From Reclinomonas americana ATCC 50394 (taxonomy: Eukaryota), in the NCBI GenBank assembly GCA_048213135.1, contig PS015650.1:1-35825 (forward strand): 35,825 nucleotides of DNA, read 5' to 3'. The notes under the pieces are model-generated. The model did not search any database and was not told the DNA's origin. It saw only the letters and a program-made list of their open reading frames with translations. The stretch's first letter is position 1, and every line of letters begins with the position of its first letter. The position numbers and the translations under genes are program-made. Positions 22,266 through 34,500 of the stretch are shown here, one piece after another.

Positions 22266-25200
22266 TTACTCAGTCGCATCGCCCTCGTCCAGTCCAGCAT
22301 ACACACTGCAGGGACACACCCCGCGTCAGCGACACGACCGATACACCGACAGGAGCACAAACAGTGAGACACGCAACAAGGAAGTGGCACTGGCGTCGAG
22401 ATCGATGGCAGACGTCTGCAGCACACACACACACACACGCATACACATAAGTCGCCACCGCCAACCGAAGCGGGAAGAAATAAGAACAAACACGCAACGT
22501 GATAGACGGCCGTCTGCAGCCGTCGAGCAGCAAACTCTTTGCTCGTGTACGACGGCCATCGGAGCTTCTGGAAGCAAGCCGATGCCTCCGGCAGGCGAGT
22601 GTCAGGCGATGCCGAGCTCGAATCGTGCTTCTGCACAATGATGCGGAATTCGGAACCCTCGCCCCGATGCGGCAGACGACGGCGACCGCTGATGAAGCGA
22701 AGGAACAGCGAGCGCTCCTGCGGCGTCATGTCACGGAGCGCCGCCCACAAGTACTGGACCGACGGTGAGCTCGAGCTCAGACCGCCGTCGTATTGGGTGA
22801 GTTCCTGGATAAACACAAAGGGCACGTCAGTGACGTGAACGAACACACGTAAAAGAGAAGAAGAGGTGACGGCGCACACACACGCACCATGAGCTTCTCC
22901 ACCGTCACGTTCGGCTCGCCGCAGACCCGAGTCTCCAGCAGCGCTGCCGACATGACGAGCAGCAGACCGCGCGGCAGAATCTCGTACATGCCTCCGCGAA
23001 TGGCTTCCACCTGACGCTTCGACTGTGTGTGCATCCCACGCCACACGTGAGCTCCCCGTCGGTCAAGTCAACTCTGCTCACATTGCACTCCACACAAACC
23101 TCGGAGATCTTGGCAGCAACACACAGATCAATGTACTCGGGCAGAGTCTCCCACCTGCACACACAATCAGCCAAAATAACATGCAACACCAAACACGAGC
23201 AGGCGACGCAACGTCACGGTGATATTTCGACCGTTCGGCTTGAGCTCGCGGCTGGCTTGCTTGCCGGAGAGTGACATCTCAAACGTGAGCGGCACCTCCT
23301 CGGAAAGCGGCGTACCGTCCTCGTCCGGTCCCTTGTCAGCCACCTTGCGCAACGAGTCGATCCCTGTGGCTGGTGGCGAGGAATGACGAAAACACATCAT
23401 GAGATCACACACCACATGCAGCGCCACAAATCAGGCCACTGCACGAACCGAATGCATGGTCCATGCCGCCAATGTCAGCCAGATCGATCTCCTCGCCGAC
23501 CAGAGCCTTCCACACCACCAAATCAATGTCCAGATCCAGCGGCTGGTTCAGCTTGAAGGCAATGGCAAACAGCACACCCAGGTTGCGGTACATTTGCATG
23601 TGGTGGGCGGCGGTGGACTCGGGATTGAGAAGCATGCTACCGCGACGATCACCGACACCGGTGGTGGCTGCGCAGCGGACACTAGTGAGACGACAGAATG
23701 AACAAAAAACACGAAATCCGCTACACGCCGCAACTGTTGGGCGACGGAATCAGCAGCGGGAGCGCATTGGACATGAGCTCTGTGGCCATCTCCGAAATCG
23801 AATCGTGATACAAGGCACCTGTCATCATCTCCTGCACATGAGCAGCCACGTTCTATTGACAACAATATGGCTGATCGATCACACCGACCTCCATCAATGC
23901 CGCCTTCGCCAAGGAACTTGACGTTCCACGCACGCGCCGCAGCCACCAGCGACGCGGCAGGTCGGCCACTCAGTGCGTTGAACACTTGCATGAAGATGGT
24001 GTCGGCGCAGCGCGGATCCTTCACCGGCTCTGTGAACATGGCACACGTCAGCAACAGCAGCGGTGACACAGGGGGGAAACGTCGGGCAACACGCAACTGC
24101 GACGGTGCACAAGGGCCTTGACGCGATTCAGCTCAATCTGCGCGCCACTGCCGTCGCGCCGTGCCGCCGGGCTGAGACTCGCTGCAATCCGCTGGAACTG
24201 GGCGACGGTCAAGTATCGCTTGGCGCGAATGAACAACTGAACAAGCAGAGAGTGGCAATGTGTCAGTGCGAAATCGCGATGTAGGACGCGAAAGTCACAA
24301 ACCCGGCCAAAGAGCGACGGGAACATGGATCCCATCTCGCCGCTCACACGCGACATGTCGGCGTAGCGCAATCCGGTGTCGACCAGAGCGTTGAATGCCG
24401 CAATCTGACGCACGCGGAGTGCCAGAAGCTCGGGGGGAATCTGTGTGCACAAAAGTGAGAATGACATTCGCAGGTCCACCACTGCTGCTTTTGTTTTCTT
24501 TTTTGCGTCACCGTATTCAGTCGCGAGTTCGCCGCCACATCGAGCGGCAAGAAGCCGGCCTGCGGAGAGCCGGCGACCGGGGACACCACGGTGGTGCCCA
24601 AATTGAACGGCGCTCGGCTGGCCTCCTCGTACTTGGACAAGGCGTCGACAAGCACCGCATCGACGGCAGGGGTGAAGAATTGCCTGCACAGTCACGTAAG
24701 CACATATATGGAGGTGCGAGTGTGCACACGCCAGAACACGTACCGCAGCAGGCGACGCAGGCGGGACATGTAGCCCGGATGCGCGTCGCTGGATGAGCCA
24801 CCGCTCTCCACCAAGAGCGCGTCGTCAACATGCGCGCAGCATTGCACGGGCATACCCGTTTCCTGTGCGATCGCACTGACAGACTTCCAGGATGGCGGCT
24901 CGTCCACGTCCACCAACAGACTGGTGACCGCCACCAGCTCGTGCAGGACGCATAGCAGCGGTGCCTTGCTCTCCAAGGCGCCAGTGCTTGTGCTGCGCTC
25001 CGCTTCCACCGCCAGTTGCGACGACTGGAACGGAACAATCAGCGGCGAATCCAGCGGCAGGTGCGTTGCTGCGCCGACAACGAATCCACCACATGAGAAA
25101 AACGCACACACACAAAAACAAAAAATTGGAAGGGAGGGAGCAGGGCACCCACCGGTGCGAGTGCGAGTGACGAATGCTTCGACTGAGCCATCGTCGGTGA

Positions 25201-25407
25201 CGCCCGTCGAGATGCGCATCAGCGGCACCTCACGTGCGTCAATCACCGACTCGACCTCGCCAACGAGCCACACGTCGCCGACTTGCACTTCCACCACGTC
25301 GGCCACGTCAATGAACGGCTCAATGTTGACCTCACCCAGCGAGTACACCGCTGCCACGGAGTGTCAGTCACCGGCACTGGAGATCACAATGTGCACACAC
25401 ATAGAAA

Positions 25408-25502
<95 letters not shown>

Positions 25503-28500
25503 CGACGACGACGGTACGGCGGTCGGCCGGACGACGACGACGACGNNNNNNNNNNNNNNNNNNNNNNNNNNNNNNNNNNNNNNNNNNNNNNNNNNNNNNN
25601 NNNNNNNNNNNNNNNNNNNNNNNNNNNNNNNNNNNNNNNNNNNNNNNNNNNNNNNNNNNNNNNNNNNNNNNNNNNNNNNNNNNNNNNNNNNNNNNNNNNN
25701 NNNNNNNNNNNNNNNNNNNNNNNNNNNNNNNNNNNNNNNNNNNNNNNNNNNNNNNNNNNNNNNNNNNNNNNNNNNNNNNNNNNNNNNNNNNNNNNNNNNN
25801 NNNNNNNNNNNNNNNNNNNNNNNNNNNNNNNNNNNNNNNNNNNNNNNNNNNNNNNNNNNNNNNNNNNNNNNNNNNNNNNNNNNNNNNNNNNNNNNNNNNN
25901 NNNNNNNNNNNNNNNNNNNNNNNNNNNNNNNNNNNNNNNNNNNNNNNNNNNNNNNNNNNNNNNNNNNNNNNNNNNNNNNNNNNNNNNNNNNNNNNNNNNN
26001 NNNNNNNNNNNNNNNNNNNNNNNNNNNNNNNNNNNNNNNNNNNNNNNNNNNNNNNNNNNNNNNNNNNNNNNNNNNNNNNNNNNNNNNNNNNNNNNNNNNN
26101 NNNNNNNNNNNNNNNNNNNNNNNNNNNNNNNNNNNNNNNNNNNNNNNNNNNNNNNNNNNNNNNNNNNNNNNNNNNNNCGACGAGGTGACGTCCTAAACAA
26201 CGACAACGACTGTTTCAGTGCCTCGCAAACGACAACCTATCGTATTGTTGTGCACATCACGGAACTCGGATGACACCGCGAGTGCCGGCCACGGCAGCCA
26301 TATCGCCATTCCACTGCACACTGGTGGTGGAACCGACGGCTGTGCGCTGGCAACGCTGACGCAACAACGCCACATCAGTCTCGATAAACACGGGCAGACC
26401 AGCCACCAAATCGTCCACGCTGGCCAGCGCTGCACCAGGTGCCACCGCACCAGCAGCGGCGGCAGCAGCAGCTGGAGCGGAACCAGAGCCAGCGGCCGGC
26501 GCATCGGCAGCCACACGGTACAACGTGTCCCACGGCAACACCCAGATGTCGCCACTCTCAAAGCGCACACGAGCATTTTGTGTCGGTGTCACCTCCTGCA
26601 CAACAGCAACAACGACAAACAAAGAATGAGACACTCTGCTTTCCATCACTCTCGCCGCTCTCTTGACGCGATGCGACGCAACGCGAACAACGCCTCGCTT
26701 GCCAGCAATGGCCGCCATGCTTGAGTTCCAGCCGACGTGCGTGCGTGTTCCTGGGGCCGCGCGTGTGCACCGCTGCTGCAGTACCGCCGAGTCGCGTTCC
26801 ACAAATACTTGCAGGTCGACCACCAGGTCACCGACGCCAGCGAGAAGTGCTCCAGGGCGAGCTGCACCAGCCGCACCAGGGGCGGCGGCAGCAGCAGCAG
26901 CGCCAGCAGCAGCGGCGGCCGCCGCCGGCGGGGCCGCCGGGACAACTTCGGCCACTCGGTACAGGGTGTCGAAGGGCTGCAGCATGCATATACATGTGTG
27001 TGTGTGTGAGTCGGNNNNNNNNNNNNNNNNNNNNNNNNNNNNNNNNNNNNNNNNNNNNNNNNNNNNNNNNNNNNNNNNNNNNNNNNNNNNNNNNNNNNNN
27101 NNNNNNNNNNNNNNNNNNNNNNNNNNNNNNNNNNNNNNNNNNNNNNNNNNNNNNNNNNNNNNNNNNNNNNNNNNNNNNNNNNNNNNNNNNNNNNNNNNNN
27201 NNNNNNNNNNNNNNNNNNNNNNNNNNNNNNNNNNNNNNNNNNNNNNNNNNNNNNNNNNNNNNNNNNNNNNNNNNNNNNNNNNNNNNNNNNNNNNNNNNNN
27301 NNNNNNNNNNNNNNNNNNNNNNNNNNNNNNNNNNNNNNNNNNNNNNNNNNNNNNNNNNNNNNNNNNNNNNNNNNNNNNNNNNNNNNNNNNNNNNNNNNNN
27401 NNNNNNNNNNNNNNNNNNNNNNNNNNNNNNNNNNNNNNNNNNNNNNNNNNNNNNNNNNNNNNNNNNNNNNNNNNNNNNNNNNNNNNNNNNNNNNNNNNNN
27501 NNNNNNNNNNNNNNNNNNNNNNNNNNNNNNNNNNNNNNNNNNNNNNNNNNNNNNNNNNNNNNNNNNNNNNNNNNNNNNNNNNNNNNNNNNNNNNNNNNNN
27601 NNNNNNNNNNNNNNNNNNNNNNAATAAATCACCACAAGCCACCGGCATGAGCAGCAAAGACGGGGGAGGGACGAAATAAACGAGCGCACCAATGCCCACG
27701 AATCGCCATTGTCGAAAATGACACGTGCGTTGCGCGATCCAGTTGGCTCCTGCAGTGTGCGCACAAAACCGGTGAGCCCACCTGTCTTGTGCAAGGCACA
27801 ACACAAAGTCACACGTAACTCGAATGACGCCGCGGGCGCCGGCAATCGCCGACATGCGTGAGCTCCAACCGGCACTGGACGACGCACCGGGTGCGGTGCG
27901 GCCGCAGCGCTGCTCGAGCAACGCAGCATCGCGCTCCACAATCACAGCCAAGTTGGCCTGGATGTCGTCGACTCCAGTCAGTGCCGCACCAACAACCGGC
28001 GGTGGTGGCGGCGGCTCCTCAATCAGAGCGTCGAACGGCAGACCCCAAGGACGGGGCTGATTCGGTGCCTGCATGCGGCAGTTGGGGCCAATGACCTCAG
28101 TCACACGGCCACGCTGGCCAGCAAGTGCAGCCATCGCCTCGACCCAGCCCACTGGATCCGAGGCGCCCGGAGCAGGGCGCGTGCACAGTCGACGCAGTTC
28201 ATCGCCGTCGCCAATGACGCGGACATACATACCCACGCGCAGCTGACCGGCGTTCTGCAACGGCATCACCGCCTGTCGAAAAATGAAGGAGAAAAGAGAG
28301 AGAAGTCAGTGCGTGCAAGCGATGAACTCGCATGAGCTTGCTCTAGAGTACCTGGGCATTGAAACGAGTGACCTGTGGCAAAAGGACAGTGATGAGCAAG
28401 CAAACAATGCGAAGGTCACAAGCACGCGGATACAAACCTCGAATGGCGCAGGGGAGACGGCAATCACCGACACCGCAGTGGAGATGACTGTGGACAGGCG

Positions 28501-31500
28501 GAAGTGCGGAACGTCGACGCCAGTCTTGTAGGTCACCGGCTGGAACGTCTGGCGGCAGCGGATCGGACCCGGAGACACCACAGACGGCACCAACCACCGG
28601 TCGACCAGCGTCGGCGGCATCTTCGATTCTGGACCGCTCTCCGGAGCTGCGCACCGTGGGTAAGCAACTACCGGAAAGGGAGACAGTGAGAATATAGAAA
28701 GCCGCCGTACCATGCACCACCAGCTGGCCGCTCGACAAGTCGGCACACAGGAGCCCGGCAGTCGAGTGCCCGATGCGTCCGTCGCGAGTCACCTCCCAGA
28801 TGCACTCCGCCGCCGGCGAGTCGCGCGAGAACGGCGTCAACGTCAGACGCCCGCCAGAACCGACGGAAAGGGCGCGATCGCCAAACATGAGACACACCGC
28901 TGCGCACCACAAACATACGTCGTGAGCCCACCCCAGTGTTACACAATCTGAGTGGCAAACACGAAATGTCCACGCAACGTCCGACAGCAGCACGCCGAAT
29001 CACCGGCGAAACGCCCTGCGACATGGGCTCGTGCAACAGGTCGCCACCGAGGCCATTGTTGAGCAGGCGCACTCGTGCAACCACGGGTGTGCGAGCAGAT
29101 GCAACGCCAATCTCTTCGACCACACCGTGCTGCTTGCGCACAGCAGGTCCGCGCGTGCAACCGCGAGAGTGGTACAGCACCTGGCGGGAAAAAATAAGGC
29201 AACGTCAGCGACACGAGCAAACACACACACACACGTGACAGTCGCGAGAGACAAACCTCTGTGCCGCGACGCACGGCGTGCACAAACGGCTGGTCAAAGG
29301 AGGAGCACGGTCAGTACGGGCACATGCTCGGGGCATCGACACACAGCACAAACCGGTTGCTGCAACAGCCGGATGGAGTGCTGAAGCGAGCTGGCGGCGT
29401 ACAAGAGTTCCGCATACGCTTGTACTTGAACATCTGCAATCGGCGAGCTGCACTCGGCCAGTTTGGCTTCGGCGACGAGTGTCTCCAGCAGACGGCCCAG
29501 CTCCACTGCAACACAAAAAGCACAGCACAAGTGAGTAAACAGAGGCGGTGGGACTGGGAGACGACGAATAAACACTGTTGTGTGCGTACCTTGAGCCTCA
29601 CGCGGGTACGATGTCAGCATATCTGCACAGCAGGAAGATTAGCCACAGTAACAGTCGTGCCGAAAATGAGCACCACGCAGATGCGAACCTCGAGCCACGT
29701 ACAAGGCCACCAGCCGGTCCTGCAGGGACCAGCCGAGAGTCTGCGACGAGAAGGCAGCCGTCACCAGACGCTCCAGCGCATCCGGCGAGAAAATCGCCTC
29801 GGGCGCCACAGCTCGGCGCACGCTGGAAGCGAGCACCGACAACGCAAAGCGCACAGAAGTGTTGGCGAAAGCACCAGCAGCCTCCGGAGCTTCCACTGGC
29901 GACACGGGCAGGTTGTGACGCGTGCCGAGACGCGTCAAGGCCACATTCACCAGCGAGCCGAGGGCGCGCTGGTCGCGCACTGCAGTGAAGAGGCCTTCGA
30001 CCAAGCTCGACACATCTGAGAAAGAGTGTTAGCAGCAAACACAAACGGCAACTTGCGTAGAACCCTTCGTCAAAAAAAACCTTCATCAGACAGCACGGTG
30101 CCTGCTGAGCGCAGCACCGCCTTCCACATTTGATCCCAGCTGTCGATCTGCAAGCTGGCCACCGACAACGGCGCATTGGTCGGCCAGTGCTGGAAGGCGA
30201 CGAGCAGAGCTGCACGGCCCTCGGCCACAGCAACACTCTGGCCCAGCAACGCGAACCACGCAGCCTGTCGTTGTCCCGGCGAGAGCCTCTCCACCAGAGA
30301 GCCGAGTCCGTGACGAGACGACGTCTCGTCGACTGCGCGCAGCACAAATAATCAGTGAGGTCACTGCATGTTCACCATAGCAGACTGCACATCCACGCAC
30401 ATCCAGGCGCCGCGAGCGAGTCGGAGTACAGAGAGCTGGGCGACGCGCTTCCACTGCCGCTCGCAGCCGAGGCAGACGCTCCGCCACTGGCGGCCGCAGG
30501 AGCAGCGGCACCTTCGGCAGGCGGCAGCGCAATGTCGGCCACCATGACCCAGTAATCACGACCGGTTCCTGTGGATGGACATTCAGCACGGACGAACGCA
30601 ACAATGTGAACGAAACAAAAATGAAGCGCGGCACGAAACGGTCCCAGTGAACGCGGAATGGGCGAGTGTTATCACCGACATCCACGCGGTTGACCGAGCC
30701 TGCGAGCATACTTCATAAATGGACCGACAACAAGCACCGCACTGCTCGTCTGCATCGCAAACCTCGGTCGCCGACGGCAAACACGCCTTCCGAATCGCGA
30801 GCGGCCACGACAACAGTGCCATTCTCCACATTGGTCCGCAGGTACGCCAGGTACTGCGTCGTGTCGCCACCAAAGTCCGCCAGTGTGCGCACACTCGCCG
30901 CACTTGATGAACCTGGTGCGACAGAGGTGAACTCAGCAACAGCATAAAAGCATGCGCGCGCGTGTGTGTGCACAATGGAAACGCACCAGCAGCGGGCGCG
31001 CCAGCCGCAGCACCGGCAGCAGCCAGTGTCAGCTGATCAGCCGGGAAGGTGGCACGCTCGCCGCCAGTCAGCTGCGCGCGCGCGTACACACGCAGATAAG
31101 GGCCATGCAACGCGATTTCCACGCCATTTCACGAGGCATAGATGAACATACCTCGACCGTCACCGATGTGGTGGCCGGCATCGCACGCAGTTGGCTGAGG
31201 TACGTGCGGTCCACGCTGACCACACGACCTGTACGGCCAGAATCCTCCGCCCCGATGCACACCTCGGTACCAGGTTGGACACTGTGCACAACATGGTGAG
31301 CAGGGCACGCCAAAGCAGGTAAGCACAGTGACACACGGGAGACGCAACGTGCGGGCCACATACGCGGCATACTGTGCCGCTGAGGCGAATTCTTCGCGCG
31401 GACGCACTGCCGATACGGCGGCACTGGGCGACGGAGCAACGTCACCGCGCGAAGCCCAGAAGGATTCCGGAGCGGTGGCAAATGTTGGCACATCAGCCGG

Positions 31501-34500
31501 GGCGGCGACGCCGCTACCACTTGCACCACTGCCGCCAATCTTGATGCCAGGAACACGCTGCGAGGCAAGCACGGTGAGCGTGGCGATTTGAAAAACTGCT
31601 GCATGTTGCGGAGCACTTTCCCCAATTCACCTTTTTCACGCATGCCTCGCAAAGATCGTAGCTGCACAGCGAGCAATGCCACATGCGCTCTTGCTGGTGA
31701 ATGTTCTTGGTACGGCACACATCGCACTGTGCACTTGCGCCAAGTCCGTAGCGAGCAACATAGCTCGGTGGGCACTGTCGGCAGAGCATCTGCATCCGGT
31801 GACCTTTGTCGCACATGACAGAAGTTCCGGCTGCCTCCGACTGCACACACAAGTAAGCATCTCAATTGCTTTGAGATTAAAAAAGAACACCCCGAACCAG
31901 CAGTGTGGCCAGTNNNNNNNNNNNNNNNNNNNNGGAGACGACATCAGGCTGAGAACATCAGGCGACGCATCGACCAGGCTCGGGCTCGGACTCATGTCGA
32001 CCGACGACCGATCCACGGGGAGAAGCCACGAGAGCGACTTGATAACTTCGGCCTCGGACGGACCAGCTGCATGCAAACACGAACACGCACACAAACGCAT
32101 GTGAGCACAAGAAAGCAACCGAGCATGCCACTCAAGTCACTCACCTCCGCGGCTTGCCACCTTGACTGCAGCAAATCGACGGCGCAGGCTACCCAACACC
32201 TCATCGCCACGCGTCGTGCGAGCGCTTGACATCAAGCGCACGAGCAGGCCGACGACTGGCGGACTCGCATCTGCATGAGAGAAACACACAAAAGATGATG
32301 TGAGTGGCCCTGCAACAAGAGCTGCGATTGTGGGAGCGAGAGGAACACACCTGCACCGTGGTCGTACAGTACGGAGAGCACACGACAACCGGCGGCGGCC
32401 AAGGCGGATCCGCGCAGGTGCAGCGCGAGCGAGTCGACCAAGCGTTGCGGCGTAACCGACGGGCCCGCCACCACACCACACAGGCTAATGGCAGTCGTCA
32501 GCGCAGCCGGCAAGTGCTGCAGCTTCTCGCAGAACGCCGGTGGCGGCGGCTCCACCTACACGAGCCAGCAAAAGGTGGTCAGCTTATGTTCAGCAGTTAT
32601 TTCAAGTAGCAAAACACGTACCGAGTCCACAGCTTGCAGCGAGGAGGTGTCGAACACCACCGACACCGACGGCTCCGACGCGAAGATGCACGTGCAACGG
32701 CCGGGGATGGGAACATCACGAGCAGAAATGACACCCGATCCGCGACCGGCCATCTGAATGGTCGCACCCTCGATTGGCACAGGCCAGTAGCCACCGAGAA
32801 CGGCCATGGCCACCAGCGCCAATCGGAAACTCTGAGTCGGGAGCGACTCGATGCCCTCGACACCACTGGCGGCGAGCGGCTGCAGCGCCTCGTCCAGCAT
32901 GCTGGCCACCTGCGGTCCCCAGTGCGCGTCGCTGGCCAATCGGCGAAGCATAAAGACGTACGACTGCGCCTTGACCGTGTTAACCGAGCGAGCCTCACTG
33001 CTTTCGGCTGTGTGACACCGGAGAAAACGGGTAAGCAAGGGCATGCACTCTTGTCTCACACAGACGAGAGCGCGCACCATCGATAATGGTGGGCAGTCCA
33101 TTTGCTGCCTCGTGCAAGAAGTACGACAGCGGACGCTGCTCGTGAAGGGCGCGTGCGAGATCGAATGCTGCCGGTGGAGGAAAAACAGCAAAAAGGTGAG
33201 TGAGGGGCGGGACAGGCGGCACACTGCTCGGCACCGGCAGCACTCACAAGCAGAGAGCGGAACCATGCGACGGAGGAGATGAACAGCCATGATCACCAGG
33301 CTTTGGTCCTCCAGTGCAGGCGACTCTGTAAACACGGACGTACAGTGTGTGTGTGTGTGTGAGCACTCGACACAGCTGCATCGTCGCCCTCGAGGACACA
33401 CACCCTCGGTAATCTGAATGAGAGCCAACACGCTACCGAGATGGCGTTCGGTGACAGGCACAAAACTGGCTGTCGTGCCAGTGGCGAACTGGACCAAGCG
33501 GTCCGTCGTGTCGACCTCGCGCGCAGCCACGCCGACCGTGATCAACATGTGCGCCGCCTCGAAAAGAGCATCGACGGCAGACGAGCCCTTCACACTCGGC
33601 GGAGCCGTGGCCAACAATCCGAACAGAGAGAACAGCATGTCGGCAATCATGTCCAGCAACTCTGCAGTGATGGACGGTCAGTCAGCTACCGCACGTGCGA
33701 CATTGCAGGGACGGACTCACGGATCGAGTCGGCCGAGTGGTTCTGTCCTGGCGTAATCGACGCGCCAAAGAAGCACGAGAGACTCATCAGGGCCAGCGAG
33801 CTTGCCTGACGCAATTCGTGAACTGCATGCAGTACGCGTTAGGCACACACGCACATAGTGAAGAATGGAAACATCCCCACATTCCACCACTGACGAACCC
33901 GTGGGACCCGGCAGACCAGCCTGCTTGCCACACTCGACCAACGGTGCCACATCTGACACCGACGCACGGAGCATGGAGCGCAGCGCCGAACCAACAGCAT
34001 CTGACAGCACCGTCACGCCACTGTCCGGACGCACGAGACCGCCGAGAGTTTCCACCAGTGCACGCACGTCACTGGGCGCGGAACCGTGCGGACCGAGCAG
34101 CAGGCGCAGACCGAGCACGTTGCGGAAGAGAGCCAGCGAACGCAGTGGAGTTCCTGCATCGGCAGACGAGGCGCTACTGCCGCCGGAGGCTGGCGACAAT
34201 GCCGAAAGAGGAGAGGTAATATCCGGCACCTCAATCAACCCGGCCGCTGCGTAACAATGAGAGAATGGTCGGCAGTAGCGCGAACAAGTGACAAACCTGA
34301 ACCACCGACAGCAGCGCGAATCATGCTGTAGAATGACGAACGGAGATTGTCCGCTACCTCAATCGTGCACGCCTGCGCACAACAACAACAACAAAAGACA
34401 AGTCGGGTCAGTCTCGTCAGCAGGGAGCACCAAGGACGGATGACACAAACGCACATGCAGGCCGTGAGCGTAGTGACGGCTGTTGACCGAATTGGCCACC

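Noticed and set aside
26178-28250. CRISPR-like array or transposon repeats
   Set aside because: The repeats are diverged protein-coding domain copies. No repeat-spacer structure, terminal repeats or transposase/RT motifs appear anywhere in the window.
15084-28269. ORFs spanning N runs and the poly-HT/VC translations at 25409-25500
   Set aside because: Artefacts of assembly gaps and a (CA)n microsatellite.
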